Source: Octopus sinensis (Eukaryota). From it: 64,000 nt of DNA. The translations under genes were made by a program, and so were the position numbers. The notes beneath the pieces are model-generated. The model did not search any database, was not told the DNA's origin, and worked only from the letters and a program-made list of their open reading frames with translations. Positions 53,761-64,000 of this stretch are shown here, piece by piece. The stretch's first letter is position 1. Each line of letters opens with the position of its first letter. The stretch spans positions 130,448,001 through 130,512,000 of the forward strand of contig NC_043000.1 in assembly GCF_006345805.1 (NCBI RefSeq). Direction: 5' to 3'.

Positions 53761-54971
53761 GTGGTTGTGGTGGTGGTGCTGGTGGTGCTGGTGGTGCTGG
53801 TGGTGCTGGTGGTGGTGGTTTTGATGATGATGGGGGGATGAGGATGATGATGAGAGAAATAAGGAGGGAGAAGAGGACAATTGATGAAGATCGTTAAGTA
53901 CTGAAACAAATGACTTGTACACAGCGGACGATAGAAAGAAAATTCATTTAGAAAAATAACATGCGTGCATGATTGTATGCGTGTGTGTGTGCCTCTGTTT
54001 GTTTGACTACATGTTTGTCAGTCTGCATGTCTGTCTATCTAAACGTGTGTGTGTGTGTGTGTGTGTGGATGAGTAGGTATGGGCACATCCCTTTGTGTGT
54101 GTGTGTGTGTTTAGACGTGGGCGTTCGCTTTTTGGTACAGCAATTATGCATGTGCATACGTATGTATTCAAAAGCACACTCTATATTAGATATGGTTGTC
54201 CGAATTTTGCAGGCAACTGTGTTCTTTTATGTGAACACGAATATCTCGGAATAATTACATGCATCTTTGTATATCAATCAACTCATATGTTTTGAATGTA
54301 TTTGCGTGGTCACATTTATCATTTTAGTTCGTGTTCGTTTTCTTTGTTGCTCAAACGAGATTAGAAGAATGTAAGTGAATACGTGAAACATGCGTGTCAT
54401 GCTTCGCCATTTTAAATCCCACTTGGTAGGCGGTATGAAATTTCAAGTTTCACTTTCGAACCCGTGTTTTTTTTTATGGCGAATAATACGTTTTTGCTAG
54501 ATCACGATATATTTCGTTCTGAACGTAGAATTCAATTCAATAGGTTTTTGTAGTTCAATATAAAAACGAACCACCCAGGCATACGTACGTGCACGCATGC
54601 ACACACACATACACACACATACAACCGAACAAGCAAACAAACACTTATGCAACAGAAAACAGTATGAATTTTTAAAATGTATTTCGGGTTCTTTTTCCTT
54701 TCTAATACACGTCATAATTTTTCCTCTTCAGAAAGCAACTAATGTATTGACAAGATAACAAAATTAAGGCTTAATGCAAAAGATATTTTGGCAGAATCGT
54801 TTAGATAATATTTGCATTATAATGTTAATAAGAAAAAGTGAATATATATGTATGTATGTATGCATGCATGCATGTATATATATATATATATTATATATAT
54901 ATATATATATTTAAGTATGTATGCATGTATGTATGTATGTATGTATGTATGTATGTATGTGTGTATATATA

Positions 54972-55027
<56 letters not shown>

Positions 55028-55453
55028 TTAAATATATACACAACTATGTATGTAGATAGGCTGGTGGGTAGGTTAGTGTACATATACGTGTGTATGAGTG
55101 CACATATGTACGCATAGATGTATGCATGTGTGTATGTATATTCCAAAATGGCGGTGACATTTTTGAAAGTAGATTAGCTAAATTTTGCATAGGAAAACAA
55201 ATTTTGCAGGAGTTCATAGACAAAAATGTTTTCCTTCTTTTTTCTAAAAATGAGAAAAATATTTTCTGATCAAAAACTAAATTGGAGTAATTATGTAAAT
55301 TAGAAAAGTATTGGGAAAAGAACCAATGTTTCTCCACGAAAGATATAAAAGCAAATTTAAAAAAAAACAACATATTTTTGATTTTATATTAGTTTAAATA
55401 TGTCTCTATACGTATATATATGTATATATGTATCTATTTCTCTATCTCTCTAT

Positions 55454-55499
<46 letters not shown>

Positions 55500-56013
55500 A
55501 CATGCACGTGTGTGTGTCTGTGTCTGTGTACGCATGTGCGCGAGTGTGCATATGTGTATATGCCACATGGTCAGAAATTCCGCTGACAACGAACTTTACA
55601 GTAAAATACATACGTTCAGCAAAATGTGATTTTCCTTTTTTTGCAAAATACGTTTTGTGAAAACCTCACTTCATTGAAATCACAGCTCTTACACTTCAAG
55701 TAATGGAAAAAGATGCATCTTTTTGTTTATTACTAAAACAGTTTTCAATAAAACTCTTATATTGCAAATAACAAACACTATTATTTTTCCTGTGTATATT
55801 CATATGAAAACATAACCCTTGTATATAACGTAATACATGAAATAAACTTATTTATCTTCTATTTAAAAGAGACAGCTTGTTTTATTTGACAAATAATTCA
55901 AATATATAACACTTATTTAGCGGACTTTCAAACTTTCCTGCTTATTTGCAATGCGCACACATATGTAAAAAGGGAGAGCACAAGAGAGAGAGAACACAAC
56001 AGAGAGTTTAAAA

Positions 56014-56076
<63 letters not shown>

Positions 56077-56247
56077 CATGCATACATACATACATACATA
56101 CATACATACATACATACATACATACATACATAAATCAGCAGAATATATATAAATCCTTTCTATACAAAGATAGTTTTGTAGTCTACTGATTCGTATTTTG
56201 TGACCAGTCAGTTAATATCTGTCTGCTTTTCTTTGACTGAATAACCG

Positions 56248-56341
<94 letters not shown>

Positions 56342-56519
56342 CATGGAGTACTATGAGTGTGTTATCTCATGGTATACATGTGGGTGCTACCGCATAGTAG
56401 AATGAAACTATAAAATCTAACATTAGCAATCAAAATTTTAGAAAGGGGATTCCAAAATATTAATACGAATAAATCGTTCATAAATAAACTGAGAATAGTA
56501 TATATATTTATTGCCTACA

Positions 56520-56718
56520 GAGGGGACAAACAAGGACAGACAAACGAATTAAGTCATTTACATCGACCCCAGTGCGTAAATGGTACTTTATTTATCGACC
56601 CCGAAAGGATGTAAGGTAAAGTCGACCTCGACAGAATTTGAACTCAGAACGTAACGGCAGACGAAATATCGCTAAGCATTTCGCCCGGCGCGATAACGTT
56701 TCTGCCAGCTCGCCGCCT
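56520..56718 (-). mobile_element. tRNA-derived SINE, family B
   Basis: Matches 8771-9003. Confidence 0.85.
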
Positions 56719-56935
56719 TAGGTGGAGTTGTATAAGCGTGATCACTACCGCTAACAGAATAGCGTGGCAGTTTTCTTCATATTTTCTTCTCTCTGCAGAA
56801 AAATAAGACTGGTAATAGCAAAAAAGAAATACACCTCATTCTGAGCCAGAAAATAATTGCATGAACAGTACCATCTTTAGTCTGAAGTGTCATTGGCTGT
56901 AGCAGAGAGATGGTAGTTAGCCATACGGGAGGATA

Positions 56936-57345
56936 GTTAGTTAGTTAGTTAATTTTTGGCTCAAAAAACAAAACGCAAGGCCATGTAAGGGGGCATGGAG
57001 TTATGTACAGGGTAGTGTTCATGTAAAGAGTTCAGGCCACTTGTGGCCAAGGGAGACTTTGAACGGAGCGGTCGTCGGCATCTTCACCATCTCGTCCGGC
57101 AGCTTATTCCAGGGATCCGCAACCCGGACGGAGAAAGCCCCTTTCCTTCGATTGAGACGAAATCGTCGCAGATAGAGCTTTTCGGAGTGACCCCGCAGCC
57201 GACGCTCTGGAGCAGGAGTGAAGAACAGCTCTTTGGAGAGGTTACACTTTCCGCTTATGATTTTGTGAGCAAGAATGAGATCACCACGGCGTCGTCATTT
57301 TTCTAGAGAATAAAGGTCGAGCGTCTTCAGCCTTCCTTCATAAGA
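56936..57345 (-). mobile_element. 3' end of CR1-clade LINE with (TAAC)n tail
   Basis: YEGRLKTLDLYSLEK*RRRGDLILAHKI...RLRGHSEKL...RKGAFSVRVADPWNKLP, then a short 3' UTR and a TAAC repeat tail. Confidence 0.9.
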
Positions 57346-57899
57346 TAAATTCTTGAGGCCAAGAAACATGCGGGTTCATGCTATCCTGAATAGAACTCGC
57401 GATTGGTGGTAAAACAATCTCTCAGATGGAGAAATACATTTAAATCTTACAGGGTAGGTCTCCCTTGATGGAATAAAGATTAAGTTGCTTAATTCAATTT
57501 TATTTTGCTTCATGTTATCATGTAAATTATGTTTTAGCACAATTACAGATATATTTAAAATCCTAAACTTTGATGCAAATTGTCCACGAAGATATAATAA
57601 TGATATATAAATATTGAAGCATATCTGGCTGCCGATGATGGAAAGAACTATTTTCGTGAATTGCAATATGGAATATTTCATCTTAATTTTAGCTATTCAA
57701 TTTGTATCTGACATTGAACATTAATTGCCTCTAATCCTGAGGAAAGAAAACGGATTAACTACTGTTGCTGGAAGCAAGGTAAAAGGAAAGGATAGGAGTT
57801 TCAGTGATGTATAGGCTTGATGTATATATGTGTGCGTGCATGCATGGGTGCGTATGTATGTTCGTTTGTATTTGTGTGAGTGCGTGCGTGCGTGTGTGT

Positions 57900-59000
57900 G
57901 TATTGTAAAAATTCAGTTAAAGTATAAAACTTATAGATTCTGCCAAAATGATGTATTTTAAAGAAATTTTATGCAAATAGCAATCCATTTTCAAGTGACA
58001 TGTTAATAAATATTCCTCTGTAACACATGAATGTGTGATATAACTGCAGAGTAAGTGAAATAACATGTCAGAGACGAGTTACCTAAAGGATGTATTGATG
58101 CTTTCGTAAAAAGTTTACTTCCACGAACAGCCAGCTATAGTAGATGAAAATATTGGTTTAGTTCCGAGTTGTGTTTCTGGTTCTATAAAATTCGTGGTTA
58201 GCGATAGTTATATATTATTGAAACAAGCAGCTTGAGTGTCTGTGATGTGTTTTATTTGATATTCGATAGCTGTAGATGAGACAACAGATAAATAAAGAAC
58301 ATTTGGCTATATTTGTCAGTACAATAATGGATAAGACAATCTGCTTGCTTTAAAATCGATGCATGGGAATAACGGAGATGAAGATATTTTTTTCTGAGGC
58401 CTAATTAACGATAAACGCTTTCAATTTACCCTTTGCAAATGATAGTGGTATAGATACGAATGGTGCACCGTCTAAAATAGAATCCCAAGTAGAACTTGTC
58501 TTAATCAAGGAAATATTGGATTAAATGGTATCATTACAAGTAAATTGTGTGTAATTGTATTTCTTATTCACTGACAAAATTTATGTTATTATTTTTAGAA
58601 TGAACAAGTAAAAAAAACAGAGCTGAAATACGAAGGGAAACTTTGTATACCTATGTTTGTTAAAGGCATTCCAATTATATTGTAAAAGGACACAAAGTTG
58701 TAAGATAATTTGGAATTACAGACCGCCATCACTTATCACAAATTATTTACAATGGATATTATAAGACTTTAATCGGGTTATCTTATTTTTTGCAAATAGA
58801 AGTATATTTAGATCAATGCTAAATTTCTACATAATTCAACTGCCAAAATACTACGTAGTATTTTCTCTAGGCTGAAAGAACCAAACGTGATATCAATCGT
58901 GGAGTATGCTACAGGGAGGTTCAACATCTTGGAACAAGTTCAGAAGGTTGTTTTGAAGCATATAAAGTCATAGAAAGCTTACTAGAAATATGTGAAACTC
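57900..59000 (+). mobile_element. Decayed hAT (Charlie/GTF2IRD2-like) transposase relic
   Basis: IAVDETTD (58266-58289), HLAIFV, HGNNGDEDIF (58362-58391) and GIDTNGAP (58447-58470) occur in the order of the DESTD / GEDIF / TDGAP motifs. Confidence 0.6.
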
Positions 59001-59689
59001 CTTTCGATGCAATGCCAAATGAAAAATCATGATTCGTTGCCGCTCAAAGTAATTCTTTTGCTACTGCATAAGTCTGGTATCCAAATCTAACAGTTTTTCT
59101 ATTTGAAAGAATATAATTACTATATGGCAGTTTTAAAAATATTAATTTTTGAGGAAACAAGAATTGGAAATTGCATCATTGTGTTCTACCACAAATCTAT
59201 TTTAGCAATAATCACTTTCATGCTAGACTTACGGATGAGAATCATACAATTCACTAATTCCATTCAGCATCTCCGGGCTTTTTAAACTAAACAGAACAAA
59301 ACTTCTAACGAAAAAACAAATACTCTTCGTTAAATTATAATGTCTTCGGTGTATCTACGTTTAAAGAATGAAAATGATTAATTAACTTCTTATAGCATCG
59401 TAATCAATGATGTGCTGCTTAGTGTAATTAGCTCGTATCCAGCTTCTTTGATAAATGCTTGATCTCTCTGTCTGATATGTCTGAAGCTAATAAAAGCTTG
59501 CAAGTTTTTATTTAATTTAAATTTTAATAGATAAAATCTCAAAATGCCAATTGCTTTTGTTTCTCAAAATATTTCTTTATATTTGAATGGTATTTAAGCA
59601 TCCCAGTTGGGAGAGATATTAGTTATCCGAAAAACGAAATGTAATAGGAATGCCCTCGCAAGAGTGTGGGTTTGTTATTTATTTTCCGG

Positions 59690-59880
59690 TGGAAGGTAGC
59701 GAGCTGCCAGAACGGTTAACACGCCGAGAAAAATGCTTAGCGACATTTCGTCCGATTTTATGCTCTTCGCCTTTCATCCTTTTGGGGGTCAATAAATTAA
59801 GTATCATTGAAACAGTGGGGTCAGTCAACTAGTACCCTACCGCAAAATTTCAGACATTGTGACTTTGGTTGAAAGAATTA
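59690..59880 (+). mobile_element. Diverged family B SINE
   Basis: AAGGTAGCGAGCTGCCAGAACGGTTAACACGCCGAG...GCCTTTCATCCTTTTGGGGTCAATAAATTAAGTA. Confidence 0.75.
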
Positions 59881-61729
59881 TTTAGCGCCAGGTCAGGCCT
59901 GATCGAGTATACGTTTCATTGAAAGTTTTCCAAGCGTAATCTTCTTAGTTATTTCAGGGACTACATTATTCAATATTTATTTTCCCTTTGTTTTTAGACT
60001 GTTGGGTGTAAACTACAGAAAAAAATGGTGAATGCAAAAGATATTCGGCTGGTGTCGGTTGAATGTTAACTAGGTTTTATGTGACTGAAAACCAACCAGT
60101 ACATGAAGCTAAGTATCAGAACGAGAGTCCTAATCCATGATTAATGTGTGAGAAGATGAAATCTCTAATACTGGGGAGATTCTTTAAGTTGAATACAGCA
60201 CTCCATGTTAATGAATTTCATTGTTTCTACCTATAGGTGTCTATTATCACTTTCACGGCTGAGCTACTTGATAATAAATGATCTGGACTGAGCGGTGCTC
60301 ATATTTAGAGCTAACAATGCTTTTTATTCACATACAGATTTGTTGCACGTTGGTTATAGTTCTTCATATGAAATATATCTGTGTATGTAAACTGTCTTTA
60401 GTTTATAATCAGAAACCCTGCCGTATTTACGTTCTCTGTCCATCGAGAAAGCTTCTATTACTTTGTAGCCGCCAAATTTCCATTAAGTATCTTAAAAATA
60501 GGATACATTTTGTTTTTTACGTACACTATCATTGGGTAGCAAAAATGCAAATAACAGTCAATGCTAGAATTCGATTAACCACGTGTTTGTTTAATCAAAA
60601 ATGAAATGGGGTTAATAACCACATCCACAGTCCGTTAACTAGTTTAAGAGCAAAATGTTAATTTTCTGCTGAAGCAATTATTTGTGTCTGTTAATTCGCT
60701 TCAAAGTATAATTACGAAAATTATTTGAGTAAAACACTTTTAAATTCTTATATCATTAAAGCTATGTTTATTATAGTTTCTATAGCTATACAATGATGGG
60801 TTTTTTTTTTATTTAACATGTCGTTAGTTAGATTAACATTCTCGCGAATATACTTATGCATAATTATATAAGAACATTGGCCTGTTGGGTGGAAGCTGTT
60901 CCATGACCTTAGCCGGCCAAGTTGATCACCTCTAACAATGAGTAGAAGAGAGAACACAATGCTTTTGAGGTGTATAATATAATATCGAACTCTAACATAA
61001 TCTGATGACCAGAAGTTTGGTAGGTGGGACAATCAAGTGATTATTTCGATCCCACTATTTGGCTAGTATTTATTTTATCAACTCCTAGCAATGTTAGGCA
61101 AAGTCAACCTTTAGAAATACAAAGTCATAACTGAATACTGCAAATGAGTTGAGCTGTTACAATTTAATATTAAAGCCATTTTCAAAATCAAGCGAAATCC
61201 GCAGGAAATCCTTTCAGCAACGTTTTTGTAGACATGAACAAATTACTAGCTGCTCTCATAGGAATACACAAAATAGATTGTGCTGAAAGATATAAACAGA
61301 CTAAAGAAAGAGCGGTAACTTTCCATGTTACGCTGAACAAAAGAATAAAGCTATAGCGTATTATTTCATACACTATGTGTGGACAAAATGCATATAACTT
61401 GTTTTTATTTACAAGATATTCGTAAACATGAAAAAGAGCTGAGCTGAACTATTTTAAGATTTCATCAGATACTGAGAATCCCCTTCAACTCTCTACGGAG
61501 AGTTGCATATTACTGAGGGCAAATTATTATACACACTATTACTAAGACCATAACAATTTCCATATATTAGGTACTCTCGGTAGCTAGTTCGATTAGTGAG
61601 CAATTTTGCGTCAATCCTATATTATACTAAACACATTTTCTTTATATATAATATTTTCATGAATAGAGAAGTTGCACAGCGAAACAATTCAGTCTCTGCC
61701 CCATAAACATAATCCAATGCCACGCTATT

Positions 61730-61750
61730 ACTCTCTCTTTCTTTCTCTCT

Positions 61751-61790
<40 letters not shown>

Positions 61791-61959
61791 CGTATCTTCG
61801 TCTTTTCTACTCATATTACAGTAGCTAACATAAAAAATACATACATACATGCATACACACACATACATATATGCATGCATACATGCACACATACATATGT
61901 ACATACATACATACGTACGTATATACACACATACATACATACATACATACATACATACA

Positions 61960-61990
<31 letters not shown>
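61730..61990. repeat. (CT)n and (TACA)n microsatellites
   Basis: Direct inspection. Confidence 0.9.
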
Positions 61991-63520
61991 GCAAAAGAGT
62001 GTCTAATTGTTTTCAGGCAGAGAACAAATAAGGACAAATGATTTACACTTCATCAACACGCCCTAGTCTATCTGCTTGTTAATTAGTTGCAATTACGTAA
62101 CTTATGCAATTATTAGAATCTACATTGCGTGGAAAGTTTTCTTTTAAATTCTAATATCTGCTTATACTTCTGAAAAAACAAAGGTTACCCAATTATTTGC
62201 ACCCTCACATTCTACAAATCGTAAGTTTAATTCAGCGTCAGCCAAATTATTTTGATTCCAGTATCCTTTCATATCTTCAACAACACATACAAGGGTGTTG
62301 ATGAAGAAACAGAAAACGGAATAAGAAAAGGAATTTTAATTTACTTTCGTCAGTTTGGCATCATTACAGAAGATGCCCCTCCTCCGATTTTGTTTCCACA
62401 TAACTTTCTTAAAAAATGGTTATTTTTAATCACATTTCCAGCAAATACGTTTTTAATTGCATATGTTATGTTTATTTTGGAATTTGTCGTGAAAACAATT
62501 TCCACAGTTTTTGGGGGCGAGGATTTTCGAATAATTCATAGGTCTCGAATTTCTTTCCTTGTAACTTGCAGAAAAATGGGTATTTTTAAATAAAATTATC
62601 TATAAATACTATGAGATGGTGTAAATTACAATTATATGTTTTTAGCGTGGAAAAAATGTGAAGGTAGTCGATATTTCATGCATGTTTGCGTTGGTTTCCA
62701 GATATATGTTGATTTAACTGTTATGCTGTGGGAGGAAAGTTAAATTTAAGGACTATTTCAGTCTTTCGTGAAAAGCTCCCGAAAGGAATCTTTGTAGAAA
62801 GGTGAGTGCAACGCTAGCACTTATCATTGAATATATATTACTTCAATTATTTTACCACAATCTTCATCTTTATTTTCTAAACAAATTGAAAGGTGGTCCG
62901 TCTTCTATGTGTCTGTTTAATATGTACGAAGAAGGAGGGATCACACGGGTCTCAAAAGTATTTTTTTCAACAGGATTGTAATTAGAACGTATCAGGAAAA
63001 CAAGGTGACAATACGTGAAATACCCGCCACCCAGCACTTTTCCACATTAATTTCCTATATAACTGTTATCTAAATGACTTGAGAGTTATTTGTTGAAAAT
63101 TTCATTATAAAAATACTCATTTTTCTGAAAGCGTTAAGGAAACAAAATTGGGGTGTGTGAAGAATTTTTCACAACAAATTCCATTATGATCGTAATCCAC
63201 ACCACCTGGAACGTGTTCGTGGAGAGTTGCATTAATGAATATTCATTTATGAGAAACTCGTCTTGAAACGAAATCGGCGGGCTCAGTTCTATAGCTATGC
63301 CCTACAATCACTGCAGAAGAACAATTAGACGATACAAAGGAAAATTAGAGGAAACTATCAGAAAAATTACACATATCAAATGTGTAAATAATAGTCTCCA
63401 ACCAGTCGAAAGCTGTCTGCGTGGCGGCCTTTTTGCTGGTGTACGAGATATGTTGATTGCACTACATGGACTACGCAATAAGTAGTTCATTTATTTAAAA
63501 TTTCTCTCTTTCACGCCCCC

Positions 63521-63571
<51 letters not shown>

Positions 63572-63812
63572 CTATCTATCTATCTGTATATATATATCGT
63601 GTTATGACGTACACGATCTAACATGAAACTGAAAAATTTCTCCATTCATTTTGTAGACGAACCCATAAGTACCACAGTCCGAGGAAGATTCACAGTCCAC
63701 AACTTCGAAGTCACAGGGAGATCCTCAATAGGGCCGCCCCGCCCACACACAACAATGATGATTTAGCTAAGATTGGGATGACAAAGAAGCCTACATATAT
63801 GGAGTACTTCAT

Positions 63813-63879
<67 letters not shown>

Positions 63880-64000
63880 TAAGCATACATAGGTAAAACA
63901 GAAAGCTTAAGAATCAAGTATATAAACGATAGCAACAGTTGAAAAACAAGAAGAAGAAGAAGAAGAAGAAGAAGAAGAAAGAAGAAGAAGAAGAAGAAAG

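Overview
AT-rich, microsatellite-saturated animal DNA. The SINE families and repeat content suggest a cephalopod (Octopus-like) genome; this is inferred from recognising the repeats, not from a search. I could not establish any host protein-coding gene, so the window looks intergenic or intronic and is mostly transposon debris. It contains tRNA-derived SINEs of about four families, RTE and CR1 LINE fragments, mariner and hAT relics, two non-autonomous Helitrons and a 336-bp fold-back element. The standout is a Penelope-like retroelement (PLE) at ~28983-32465. It has an uninterrupted >830-codon frame (RT with YRDD, then GIY-YIG), Naiad-like motifs and two long low-complexity insertions. Its 3' region carries a hammerhead ribozyme with a palindromic stem III and an unusually long stem II, and both ends sit in (TA)n. 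A second, Neptune-like PLE (14439-16496, minus) carries a different minimal hammerhead with a U3-A8 core variant and a 47-bp terminal inversion. It lies inside a ~900-bp inverted duplication. Most entries in the ORF track are microsatellite or antisense artefacts. Boundaries of decayed elements are approximate and were set by eye.
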